Under the pieces are notes generated by a model that made no database searches, was not told the origin of the DNA, and saw only the letters and a list, made by a program, of their open reading frames with translations. The position numbers and the translations under genes are program-made. This document shows positions 1-12,554 of a stretch of 64,000 nucleotides of DNA, piece by piece (the stretch's first letter is position 1; each line of letters starts with the position of its first letter). The stretch is taken from positions 133,610,001 through 133,674,000 of the forward strand of contig NC_042999.1 in assembly GCF_006345805.1 (NCBI RefSeq), given 5' to 3'. The stretch comes from Octopus sinensis. Taxonomy: Eukaryota.

Positions 1-531
1 GAGAAGAATTTGATAAATGTTATTGACAGGAATGTGACAGAAACTAAAGCCATTCACTCAGTATTTAGTGACGTGAGAATGCTAATAATATTGCATTTTA
101 TATTGCTATACTCAGGATATCAATGAATTACACATATATACATATACACACGCATACATATATTCATACACACAGGTACATACACATGTGTGCGCGCACG
201 CGCGCGTGTGTTTGTATATGTATATACGTAAGGTCACGGTAGAGATATAAATACATATTACATGAGAATTTCCAACCTATTTTGGTTTACATTTTGTATT
301 ATGTTTATGTATGCGTATATAGGTGCGCGTACACACACACACACACACATACATACACACATATACATACGTACAGACACATACACAGTTATATGTATAC
401 GTGCATATACGTACATATAAGAGTAGGTGTGTGTGTAAGCATTTACATACAAAACATAGTCTTATTTAAACATACATTAATAAACGATATTCATGTCCAG
501 GTTCTGGTAATATCTAAGACTTGCAACAAAA

Positions 532-551
532 AATTATTATTATTATTATTA

Positions 552-606
<55 letters not shown>

Positions 607-611
607 TTTGC

Positions 612-669
<58 letters not shown>
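532..669. repeat. (TAT)n trinucleotide microsatellite
   Basis: Near-perfect ATT/TAT run; it produces the poly-Y/L/I/N ORFs in the track. Confidence 0.97.
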
Positions 670-1170
670 GAGTGAGAGAGCAGTGCATGCCATCAAAGTG
701 ACACTGGGGTAAAATATACGAAGTCCAGTATACGCATCATGACTACCCGTCTGATAAAAGTACACCAGGCACATGCATCACAACCATATGTGCGCGACAT
801 GGTGATCTCATATCAAGATAAACAGCGCATGACCTTGCAGGTGGGGCCCAGTTAGAACTTTCTTCTGGTCAAGTAGCCAATCCCGATCAAACAGTCCCTG
901 AATAAGGATTAAGAATGTTGAACGAACCACCCATGTTTCCAGAGGTGAATTATCCAAACTTCCAAGAATTCCTCCCATCACACGGCTATGATGCTTCCTA
1001 CTACTTCTGCTCATGATCAGAGATGCACATATCGTCAGCAACTAAGGGATATGGTCAACTGTTTAAGGTCAAACAACTGACAAGCAAATCTGTGGTATTG
1101 GGCAGAATATTTGCTGTAGCCCATCTATTATACCAAGACAAAACAATGTACATGATAACACTTCCAATCA

Positions 1171-1171
<1 letters not shown>
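670..1171. mobile_element. Unclassified ~500-bp interspersed repeat embedded between two (TAT)n tracts
   Basis: Complex, more GC-rich block bounded by TAT microsatellites on both sides. It resembles a high-copy octopus repeat as recalled from memory; not database-checked. Confidence 0.5.
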
Positions 1172-1229
<58 letters not shown>

Positions 1230-1237
1230 CAATATTA

Positions 1238-1283
<46 letters not shown>

Positions 1284-1910
1284 AACATGCACACACAGGC
1301 AAGGTGTTGACTATATATAAGTAAGTATTGTTTTATATACATAGTATGTAGTTGAGCAACTACATATATTGAAGGTATTATCTAGGCAGATTTGGAAACA
1401 CGCCTAGTGTCTCCAAGTATGACACAATCAGTAGCTCATGGCTATATACTATGTAAATTAAATAATATTTATCTCTCGCCAGAAGGAGCACTTTTGTTGT
1501 TGGTTGGTCTTACCTTAACGGAAAAGTAAACTATATACGTGTGTGTGTATGTGTGTGTATACATACATGTGTATACATACACCTATGTATTTGTGTGTAT
1601 GTGTGTGTGCTTGTGTATGTATGTACGTATTTGATGAAAGTTAACTCATGACTGATGAAGACAATATCCTAAACTCAGTCAGTCCGTGGAAACGTTTCAG
1701 AAGTCCAAGTAGTTCCTGTGCAAGAATATATATACATATTGAGATAGGGGTTGTAAATGCAACCCTCCATGGGATAACATATATCCAATATACTGCTAGT
1801 GAAGTACCCAACAAAGTTAATACATAAATGTTAAGGATTGCGATGCAATCAATTCATTTACTGTATTATATGGGCAAAGGTAAAATGATTTACCACAAAT
1901 TACTAATACA

Positions 1911-2409
1911 AGATAAGAAAATGGAGAAATACATCTAAATCAAATATCAATTACCAGATAATACTCAATCACATACTTTATTGAACCACCACATAAGAGA
2001 CTGTAGGGTTAAATGTAAAAAGCAGAACAAATCAGTATACATAAAGGAATGTACATAAAAGAGTAATGTTGTATAATAAGTAGAATATATATAAAAGAGA
2101 ATATAAATATAAGTAAATATAAATATAAGTATAGATTACATCTTACGGCCGAAACAGCTGTAAGACGTAATCTATACATATATTTATATTTACTTATATT
2201 TATATTCTCTTTTATATATATTCTACTTATTATACAACATTACTCTTTTATGTACACTTTTTTATGTACATTCCTTTATGTACACTGATTTGTTCTGCTT
2301 TTTATATTTAACCCTACAGTCTCTTATGTGGTGGTTTAATAAAGTATGTGATTGAGTATTATCTGGTAATTGATATTTGATTTAGATGTATTTCTCCATT
2401 TTCTTATCT
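1911..2409. repeat. Long inverted repeat with ~236/250-bp arms and a ~13-nt centre
   Basis: 1911-2146 (agataagaaaatggag...acatcttac) is the reverse complement of 2160-2409 (gtaagacgtaatc...ttttcttatct), with few mismatches and a short duplication in the right arm. Confidence 0.95.
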
Positions 2410-2627
2410 GGCAGAAACGTTAGCACGCCGGGCGAAATGCGTAGCCGTATTTCGTCTGTCATTACATTCTGAGTTCAAATTCCGCCGAGGTCGACTTTGC
2501 CTTTCATCCTTTCGGGGTCGATAAATTAAGTACCAGTTTCGCACTGGGGTCAATGTAATCGACCTAATCCCTTTGTCTGTCTTTGTTTGTCCCCTCTATG
2601 TTTAGCCCCTTGTGGGTAGTAAAGAAA
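2408..2627 (+). mobile_element. SINE family A copy
   Basis: ctggcagaaacgttagcacgccgggcgaaatgc...gagttcaaattcc (B-box-like)...ggggtcgataaattaagtaccag...aaagaaat; the same sequence recurs more than 10 times in the window. Confidence 0.9.
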
Positions 2628-2713
2628 TATATATATATACACATATATATATATATATATAATATATATATATATATTTATTTATTTATTTATTTATTTA
2701 TATTTACACAAAT

Positions 2714-2877
2714 AGGTGCAGGCGTGACTGTATGACAAGAAGCTTGCTTTCCAACCACATGTTTTTGGGTTCATTCCCACTGCATGGCACCTTGGGCAAG
2801 AGTTCTTTTTTGCTATAGCCTCGTGCCGAGCAAAGCGTTGTGAGTGGATTTGGTTGAGGAAACTGAAAGAAGCCTTT

Positions 2878-2880
<3 letters not shown>
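2714..2880 (+). mobile_element. SINE family B, 5' half (tRNA-like head plus CORE-like segment)
   Basis: ggcgtgactgtatg...gggttcattcccactgcatggcaccttgggcaag...ggaaactgaaagaagcc; homologous to the full copy at 46797-47220. Confidence 0.85.
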
Positions 2881-2942
<62 letters not shown>

Positions 2943-3370
2943 TTTAAATGCGTTTATGGTAACGTTAGAGGTATGCAAATAAAGCTCTTATTTCATTATG
3001 CCAGCTAACGTCTAATGATACTGAATTAGTTTTGCGGGGTTGCATCATGGTTATACCAATATAACGTAGGATAAATATAATAATAACAATAATTCTAGGA
3101 TGGAATTTATAAATATTTAATATATCGCTACGCTCGTTTCCACAAATCAGATGAAAGGGTTTACGCGTTAAATGTATAAGGTTGAAACTCAGTTTAAGAT
3201 GGAAAAAAGAGTGGAGTGTAACGTTTCGAGCAAGGCCCTTCGTCAGAAAGAGGAGAGAGGAAAGGTCAGGAGAGGAGAAAAAGCCCAAGGAAAGTTCACG
3301 CTGACGAGCTTCTTTCAGTGAGACTGAATCGAGAACCATGTGGTCGAGAAACAAGTGTATTACCAGACAG

Positions 3371-5553
3371 CAGGGGTTCCCAAACTGGTCCAGGTGTACC
3401 ACTAGATGGTCCACAGGAAAAATCCAGGTGGTCCACAGGAAAATTCAGATGGTCCGTGCAAAATTTTTTGTGGTCCACCTGAAGAATTAAAATTTTTCCG
3501 TACACACACATGTTGCGCAAACGAAATATGCCTCATCGCCTATAGGACGATTAGCTATCCAATCATACACAGACACGTACCAAACAAGTACAGATGCTTA
3601 AAATCGGATCCACGTTTGCGCGCATTAAAAACACGCAAAAAATTGTGTGTTCTCAGCCAGTCAATGCGATCGTGTTTTCTACCTGACTTTTGAATCGAGG
3701 AGTACTAACGAAACCGCAGTTCTTACAGCTTACCCAACATATCACATTATCTCTCCAGGTACGTACATTTTAACGCAAGTGTTAGTCTAACTGTAAGCTG
3801 CAGAAATTTTGCTGTCAGTGATATCGAAAACATTCCCTTAATTCTCCGTCCGCCAACTCGGAAAAAAGATTCTGTAGATGATATCTCGAAGATTATATCA
3901 AATATGGTTTTGTATCCGGTGTAGAAGATCCTTTTTTACCACAGTGTATTATCTGCTCAAAAGTATTAACTAACGACTCAATGAAACCATCGAAATTGTT
4001 GTATCGTCTACAAAAAAATCCATCCTGGTTTATTTGGCAAGTCAAAGGAGTACTTCGAAGAATACCATCTCAAAAAATGTATCATCTTCATCGCTCAAAA
4101 ATTTCCTCGTCCATACTGACAACCGTTCTGGTCTGTAGGCGCCCTGTAACATTTCGCTCATGATAGCAAAACAGGGTTGCCACATACCGCTGGCGAAGAT
4201 CTGATTAGGCCCTCCAAACTTGAAACATATAAAGTTGCTAATGTGCCGAACGCTGCTTCAGTTTTAGCAAGTATTCCACTTTCAAACAACACTGTATCTT
4301 CCCACATTTGTGAAATGGCCGAAGATGTCATATCCATAGTTGTAGAAGACTTGCGATACTGCAGATTCTCGTTGACGGTGGATGACAGCACTTTTGACGA
4401 CAAATGTGTCGTCCTTGCCTTTGCTCGCTATGTGAAAGGTACCATAGTTTGTGAAAACCTATTCTTTATGAAAACCGTGCTGAAAAACACAGGAGAGACG
4501 ACCTACAATCTTACTAAAAATGGCATTGATACCCTCAATCTCATACCAAGATGCACTGATGGAGCACCGTCTGTGATTGGTAAATCCCAGGGTTTTGTTG
4601 CCAGGTGGATAGAATTTAATCCTGTCTTCACGATTCATTGCATTCTCCATCGAGAAAACCTGATAGGAAAAAGAACCGGAAATATGTTTTCTGAAACCCT
4701 AGACTTAATTGCTTCAGCAGTAAAAAAAAAAATCAAAAGATCTGCTGATTAAGACAGGCATTTTCAAGAAGCTTGTAAAGATGAATCGTTCGATCGACTG
4801 TTGTATTCGACAGATATACGCTGGCTATCAATGGGAAGTTGTCTTGGACGTTTTGTGGCACTTTTCGATTAACTCATAGAGTTTCTTCAACAGACTGATC
4901 CAACTATGACTGCATCACTTTCTCAGAAAAAAAACCTGTAATTCTTTTATTTACATGAAATATTTCAAAAACTTAATGATTTCAATATTTCTTTACAAAA
5001 GTAAAACATCAACATTGTAAGAGCCAGACACCTGATACAGGCGTTTTTGAATAAACTCGTTCTTTGGAAACTTCAAATTGAAGATCATAAATTTATGCAG
5101 TTCACAAACTTAAAAACTGTTACAAAAATGTAATTGGGCATCTATCTTTCCTTCACGAAAACTTCAATATTCGTTTTGAAGATCTTTTGGCTTTGAATAT
5201 CCGAATTTTTGTGGACGCTCTTTACACAATGTCTATGAAAGATATACTTGTTCAACCAGAATGTGTTCAGATGGAGCTATGTGAGGCGATGGTAGATGAT
5301 AATCTGCGCAAATCGTCTGAAAGCAACTTGGTTGAATCATTCTCACGAATATCCAATGCTGTTTGAACAAGTCGAGCTTTTTATTATAAATCTCCCGACA
5401 TCCTACTTGGCTGAAAAGGGATTTTCCCTTGTCCTCCACTCGTTTACGAAGCACCGAAGGCGTTTGAACCTCGATAACAACGATGATTTGAAAATTCGCT
5501 TGAGCCAAAAAGAGCCAGGGTTTTATCTGCTTGTGGATAAAAAGGTTTCTTGA
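3371..5553 (+). mobile_element. Decayed hAT (Buster/Charlie, ZBED5/ZBED8-like) DNA transposon
   Basis: Left TIR CAGGGGTTCCCAAAC at 3371 followed by GGTCCAC subterminal repeats. Broken frames give YGF..PQCIIC..L.NDSMKPSKL (~3900-4020), PHTAGEDLI..IPLSNNTV..FSLTVDDST..TDGAPSVIG..HCILHRENL (4177-4752) and the dimerisation-domain motif PTSYLAEKGFS..K.R.RL..DLKIRL (5296-5553). No right TIR found. Confidence 0.92.
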
Positions 5554-5874
5554 CGTTTTTCCCGACGACTTGTCACTGACATTTTAAAGATAATTCAATT
5601 TGTTATATTCCCTCAAACGTTTACACAACCTTTTGTACTGATCCCAACTTCGTTCTTCACATTTTTCGAATTTACCCTTCACATTGTTATATTTTAACTG
5701 TACAGCATTTTTTCTGAATAAAAGAGGGTGTTTTCCACGACTCAGTAATCTTTTCTATTCGATTCTATCAATTCGTTTTCTTGAGAATCATGTGCATTTG
5801 CAAATTGGTTTTGTTATTGGTATTCTCAGTTGTTTGTTCTCTGTGATGTCCCTTACAAGAATGAAAAGGAGAAA

Positions 5875-6289
5875 GGCGGCTAGCTGGCAGAAACGTTAGC
5901 ACTCCGGGCGAAATGCCTGGCGGTATTTCGTCTGCCATTAAGTTCTGAGTTCAAATTCCGCCGATCCCGACTTTGCCTTTCATCCTTTCGGGGTAGATTA
6001 AATAAGTACCAGTTACGCACTGGGGTCGATATAATCGACTTAATCCGTTTGTCTGTCCTTGTTTGTCCTGTCTGTGTTTAGCTCCTTGTGGGTAGTAAAG
6101 AAATAGGTATTTTGTCTGCCGCTACGTTCTGAGTTCAAATTCCGCAGAGGTCGACTTTACTTTTCATCCTTTCGGGGTCGATAAATTAAGTACCAGTTAC
6201 GCACTGGGGTCGATATAATCGACTTAATCCGTTTGTCTGTCCTTGTTTGTCCTCTCTGTGTTTAGCTCCTTGTAGGCAATAAAGAAATA
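5875..6289 (+). mobile_element. Head-to-tail SINE family A dimer with apparent target-site duplication
   Basis: Full unit at 5875-6107 plus a 5'-truncated unit at 6107-6289; aagaatgaaaa(a)gg occurs on both flanks. Confidence 0.88.
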
Positions 6290-6720
6290 AGAATGAAAAA
6301 GGGACTTTCATTACAAAGTGAAAATGATAATAGTATTTATTAGTAGCAGTACTTTTATAATAAATTTAAAATTTGAGGTGGCCTACAGGAAAAAATTACT
6401 TATTTTGGTGATACACAGCGAAAAAAAAAAAAAAAAGGGCGGGAACCTCAGCACTGCAGCAACACCTGTAAAATAACTTTTGCAAAGTATTTTGTCACAC
6501 GCTGTAAGGTTTCTGCCAATTCACTACTTAAGCTATGCAAGCTTGTTTTACAATTAAATCTATACGAACTGATATGAAATCAAGTATACTTAAAGTACTT
6601 TACCACTAACTGTAACAATACCGGGGGACAATTATATTTCACAGAAAATATATCAACGATATATATATTTGGAATGCTATTAAAATTCTTCGTCAAAAGT
6701 ATTATATCTTCGAAATACCA

Positions 6721-6979
6721 TTACGCGGTTTCAAATACTGTAGAAGATGAAAATCAATTTATTCTTTTATTGTTTCTCGTTTACAGTTAGGTAATACTTT
6801 TATTAAACGTGCCATTGTCTTTTACAATGTATTATATAAGTTCATACAATATAAAGAATAAATTATCGCTCTGATTCATAGACACAGAAAAAAAAAAAAC
6901 ATGAATATGTTTAGAAATATAAAGAATAATTGTAAAACATTTTTTTTTTTTCATCTCCATCGTATTTGAAACTGCGTAA
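6721..6979. repeat. ~32-bp imperfect inverted repeats enclosing ~200 bp of AT-rich sequence (MITE-like)
   Basis: ttacgcggtttcaaatactgtagaagatgaaaa (6721-6753) versus the reverse complement of 6947-6979 (ttacgcagtttcaaatacgatggagatgaaaa). Confidence 0.6.
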
Positions 6980-7046
6980 CAACTTTTCGATTATATGATT
7001 GTCATATGTAAAGTTTTAGTTCATGAGTTTCCATGAATACTCTCTC

Positions 7047-7165
7047 TCAGTCAGGCAGGCGCCCGCTTTGTTTTTTCCCGCTGGTCACGGTTTCAAAGTC
7101 TCTGAGGCAGTTGTACATGTCACGTCTTACAGCCTTTACAGTTAACTGGTCACCAATACATTGAG
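7047..7165 (-). CDS. Candidate terminal coding exon, product unknown (..QCIGDQLTVKAVRRDMYNCLRDFETVTSGKKQSGRLPD*)
   Basis: Minus-strand T-rich tract ending in AACAG, followed by 39 codons ending in TGA; non-repetitive and GC-richer than its flanks. No homology recognised. Confidence 0.25.
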
Positions 7166-7489
7166 CTGTTCCCGACAAAAAAAAAAGGAAAAGAAAAAGA
7201 AAGACGCATGAAAAAATCATCAAATTTTGCTCGAACACCTTGTAATTCTTCAAAGAATGTAATGTATTGGGGGCGACTCCTTCCTGCAACATTCTTCAGT
7301 AGTGTCAGCTGTGAGACAACACAACACCCAACAATTACACAATATGTCTCAACTGCTTACGAAGTTGAACTTTACTGCCCTTTGATGTTATGTTTGAAAA
7401 CAAGACAGTCAGAACCCTTTATATTTAATTATGTTTGCGAAAGTCAATTTCCTCCATATACTTCCGTTGTTACTTGACGATGCGTGTGT

Positions 7490-7529
<40 letters not shown>

Positions 7530-8414
7530 ATTTGTGTAAGTGTTTGTTTAAGTTTAGGTGTGACTGTATTACAAGAAGGAAATTTAAAATAAGTTCTAAA
7601 CGTTTCTGTCTCTGTTTTGCAAGATTCTTGATGTGAAATCGTGTGTTGAAACAAATATTGTTATATTTGGGGATGGTCATTGTTTTGCCATTTAACGACA
7701 TACACCATATATTTTTTCTTCACTTCAGCCCTATTATTATTCTTACTTTAGTGTCCATTGTCTGAAATATTTCGACACACATCATGTGACCTCTTCAACG
7801 AGTCTCCTAGGATGGAAAGAGCTTAACGAACTCAACTAAACTGACTTTCTTTGTTTGTTGCATAAATACAACGACAAAAGAATAGTGTATGACTGGCGAA
7901 AAGGGCTCTAAATTTTATCTGCCACTACCACATTGTTAAAACATAAATACGTTCTCGATGTTATGTTGCTTTGTCCGGCAGCATAAAACTATGAGAGGGT
8001 GACAGGGGATAATATTCCTATAATAATTTAGCAATATCATCCTGCTTCTGCTGCTCATATTTGATTACGATCTTCAGTTCTCACATTCAGAGCATGCTGA
8101 TATCTCAGGCTTATTGTATTCACAGTACCTTAAAGATGTACTTGTCTGTCGCGTCGATGATGTCCACTTATACCTTTCTGGGGATAAAACTGTCAATAAG
8201 AAGGAGGTGGGGCACAGATAAATGATGAGGTCGTTCCGCGCTCGGAAGCTGTATCCACAATTGACGACAAGGAATGAGGGAGGAGCATATATCTGGCACT
8301 TCTCCCTCTCTCCCCCACTCTCTCACTTCCTGTTTTGTTCTCTTTGCTCCACTGAAGATACATTTATAATAAAACCTATCAATATAGACATATAATCTCT
8401 CTCTTTCCTCTCTA

Positions 8415-8453
<39 letters not shown>

Positions 8454-9400
8454 CCCAACTAGCTTTCCTTCGTTCTCCCTTAGCAAACGCAAAGCAAGAT
8501 CACACAAAGGCTTTATTTGAAATATTACTTCCATTTATTTGTTATTTACATTTTCATATATAAATATATAACAATATAAACCAAATGCTGCCGTCTGTGA
8601 ATCATAACGAAGGGACAACACACTCTGTTGCATACGTTACCGACAGCTTTGTTGTCTTGCTCAGATCAATAGCGTTGATAAATTCTGATTGACTGATAGA
8701 ACAATATTTCCACAGTCAGCATTGGTATTATCAAGTGAAGCGTTCCAATAGCCGTGCAGAGAGCCGTGAATTCTGGCTGGTTTCACTCATTGTATCCTTG
8801 CAAACAGCAGAATCTATAAAACTGTCAAGTTCGAGTGCCCACGCACTATTTAAGATGACAGAAGCTTAGACATTTAGCATCGGGTTGTTTGCTACTATGA
8901 ATTAGTGTTATTTATTCCTTATGATACTCTCAACAGAAACCAGAGAGCGCATTTCCTATTTTTTTTTTTTTTTTTATTCCAGGCAGAACCAACAATCAGC
9001 CGAGCAGAACGCTCGTTACGAGAACATGCGCGTAAAAAATTAATTACACACTTTATAGTCAAGCTGATGAGGTTTAATGAAGTGAACTCACTTTAATACA
9101 GGACCTGACAATTATACAAAAGCAAATGTTTATGAATGAAATGCACCTGTCCTTCTTAATTATGATGAACACCCCTGAAAATTAATTTGAAACTATGAGT
9201 CAGAAGATGCGTAATACATCAAATTCTGAACATCTGAGCCTGTAAAATGAAAGCTGCAGTTAGACGGAAAGAGGAAGGTATAATGTAATAATATAAAGAA
9301 AGCTGGAGTGGGACGCGAGAACTGTAAGCTTTATGGAAGAGAAATCAATTGGAACACTATCATAGGGTTTGTGCAAGAGCAAAATACGAAAAAGAAAAAT

Positions 9401-9477
<77 letters not shown>

Positions 9478-9540
9478 ATATATACATATGCACATATATA
9501 CACACACATATGCACATATTTATATATACATACACACATA

Positions 9541-9582
<42 letters not shown>

Positions 9583-9674
9583 AACATTATAACATATATT
9601 TATGCATAGATTATACACATCTGTGTGTGTGTATGTGTCTGTGTGTGTGTGTGTGTTTGTGTGTGTGTGTGCAA

Positions 9675-9822
9675 GGGTCTTCTTTCCGTTTCTGTGCACC
9701 AAATCTACTTCCAAAGCTCTGGTCGGCCCGATTCTATAGTAGAAGACGCCCAATGCGCCAGACAATGGGACTGAGGCCGGAACCATGTGCTTAGGAAGCA
9801 AACTTCTTACCACACAGCCATG
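9675..9822 (-). mobile_element. SINE family B, 5' half
   Basis: tctttccgtttctgtgcaccaaatc...ggaaccatgtgcttaggaagcaaacttcttaccacacagcca is the reverse complement of the family B head. Confidence 0.8.
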
Positions 9823-10873
9823 CTTAATTCATATACACGCACACACACACACATTTATTTATATGAAGATATGAAAAGAGAGAGAGGGGGAGAAAAAGTG
9901 ATTCAAACAGCCTCTTTTTTTCTCTTTTTTCATTGTTGAACATTGCTTCAGGTGCGTTACAAATTGTGGCAAATGGACATGATGCTCAAAGAAGTCCATG
10001 GGCCAAAAAAAAAATTAAATTACAATAAAAAGAAAGTACAATAAATGACTATTACAGGATATTACTGTGTGTTTGTTTGATTTTTTAAAGTGTCTTTTGT
10101 TGTTTTTTAAAGGAAATATAAAATCGTCGAGAAAGAACATCATATAAATAGCCCGAAGGGACCAAAAAAGAAGAGAAATCTAAAACAGCATCAAAGTTCT
10201 TCCTATTCGTGTATTAAAGAGCTGTCAGTGGCGCCTTCAACACAAACGTTCGAGCCGCACATACATCAGTAGACTATCAGCAGTGACATGAAGCGTGCAG
10301 TCGTGAATATTATACAAGCATTAGCTGGCGCCATCGGCTCATCTGCTTCACTAAGTCAAGCAGCAGTGTTATATAACTCTCTTCAATTGCGAAAACACCT
10401 AATTAGATCCCTCAACATTTCCCGACTATTTTATCGCTTTTAAATGCATCCTTTTCATTCAAGAAATCTAACACCTGCTTTCTATTTATCCCTTAATCAG
10501 TTTAACCCGTTACTACGTTACTTCTTATCTATTTTCTGTGGCCTTTTATAACACCTTGCCAAACCTACGTTCTTTCATGCCTGTTAAATAAAGAATAAAA
10601 CAAATGTTTCTCAATATTTTCGTTTGTGCAAGTGTTTCGTTTTATTCATTATACCTTCATCGTCTTTTTATTGTATGTAAGAGTGCGATTTTTATCTGTG
10701 AATATATTACTTCAACACTACATCTCTCTAGGTGTTCATTACTTCTAACACCCCTCCTCACTCTCTTTCTCTATCTATCAGGCTAGCTAGCGACAGAGCT
10801 GGGTATGCTTAAGATATACAATGCACTTATGTGGGCATAAGTATATACATACAAACATACATATATACGTACA

Positions 10874-10985
10874 TACGAAGGGGTGCTGGAAAGATACTTT
10901 TACAGCACAGCGCTTAGAAAACTGAAAGAGCTCTGCAATAAGCGTGTGAATCTGAGAGGGGAATAATGTAGAGTAAAATCAGGAA
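10874..10985 (+). mobile_element. Internally deleted mariner fragment
   Basis: TIR-like tacgaaggggtgctggaaag joined to a C-terminal transposase remnant (YSTALRKLKELCNKRVNLRGE), resembling the mariner KL..RW.KC..L.GEY motif. Confidence 0.6.
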
Positions 10986-11289
10986 TTACAACCGTGCTTC
11001 GTGGTCTGCTACCACAACAGCTCCTTTATAGGATCCAGTTACCTCAAGACATCATCAGGCGGAACCGCGTCCAGTTTCGGCCTCTACTCCTCTAGCGTTT
11101 TGACGTGGCGGCCCCCCTTCTTTTCGGAGGTGTCTTCAGCTCTGGTGTTGGATGCATCATTAGCTGATCCCCCTGTATTTTCTTTTATCCAGAGCCAGAA
11201 ACTATTCAGCACTCCACTCGTGTATATTATATCTTCTTTTTTTTTAATCTTTTACTGGTTTCAAGCCCAGGGCTGAGGCCATGCTGGTG

Positions 11290-11495
11290 CACCATCTGTA
11301 GTTACGCCGTATTGTTTCCGGTTTTGTTATTGGTGAAGTGGTGAGTTGGAGGAGCTTCTCTTCTTTGTGTCCCTTGCCACGATTTGAGTTCATCTCGTAT
11401 TTCAGATAGAAACCTGTCCAAATGTTCCTGGAAAACTTCCACATCAACACCATGTAGATCTCGAAGGTTGCCTAGCAGGATGTTGAACAATTGAG
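11290..11495 (-). mobile_element. CR1/Jockey-like LINE 3'-end fragment
   Basis: QLFNILLGNLRDLHGVDVEVFQEHLDRFLSEIRDE matches the LFN.LP...R....V..FK..LD.FL..+PD C-terminus of CR1-group RTs. Confidence 0.75.
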
Positions 11496-11600
11496 ACAGT
11501 ACTTCTTGATACACCAAACAGTTTGACTGTTTTCGTTACGCTAGTGCCTGCCATACAAGCACCAACAATTTGACCACTTTGAAAGTCCGATAGATCCGTT
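11496..11600 (-). mobile_element. Tc1 transposase N-terminal fragment
   Basis: The minus frame reads DLSDFQSGQIVGACMAGTSVTKTVKLFGVSRSTVS, a typical Tc1 paired-like HTH start. Confidence 0.8.
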
Positions 11601-12162
11601 ATTTTAATGAATTTTAATTACCTTTCTCTGAGAATAGCTGAAAAGAAACAGCCATTTTATCAAAACATATTAAGTAACATTAAGAATAAATGAAAAACAT
11701 AAAAGTAAACAAGCTTTTGACGGTTTTATAGCTATTTCAAAATTATGAGGCTAGGTGTTTCCATTATTTTGTCCAGCTCTTGTATATATATGTGTTTTCT
11801 TTCCTCCACCTCACTCTCTATTTGTATCACATCGAAACTGCGACTTAACTTTTCCTCTCACAACGTCTCCGGTGAAGGGATATTATTATTTATTTATTAA
11901 TATTCTAGAAGCACCTGTAAGACGTTCTATCTATAAATGCTTTAATATCTATACAGCCTTGTTTTTTTACGCAAAATATTCATATATATATATATATATG
12001 TATGTATGTATATGTATATATATATATGTATGTATATATGTCTGTGTATATATATGTATGTATATAGATATGTATATATATACATATATATGTATATGTA
12101 AATATATATATATGTATATGTAAATATATATATGTATATGAAAATATATATATATGTGTATG

Positions 12163-12205
<43 letters not shown>

Positions 12206-12409
12206 TAGAAAAAGAAACACCTTTTATCAGTTCAAGAATGAAAAAACTAAATTATAATTACTTCGTCCCATTTTCACTGTGTTCAATCCTCGTACTCATT
12301 CACTTATCTCGCTTCACTCTCTTTTTCCCTTCTTTCTTACAATTTTGCTGAAATTGACGTAAGCCAATTATATACAAACGTATAGGTTTGGAGTAATATT
12401 CCCTAATGT

Positions 12410-12443
<34 letters not shown>

Positions 12444-12497
12444 GTACATATATGTGTAAATATATGTATATGTATATTGTATACACATAAAAATTGG

Positions 12498-12554
<57 letters not shown>

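Noticed and set aside
1645-1700. CTGATGAAGAC...AAACTCAGTC hammerhead-like words
   Set aside because: G12 is missing and stem I cannot be formed in register; too degenerate to call.
1800-1910. KDCDAI..YYMGK words resembling a GIY-YIG endonuclease
   Set aside because: It needs frameshifts within a few codons and its position is inconsistent with the adjacent fold-back; insufficient evidence.
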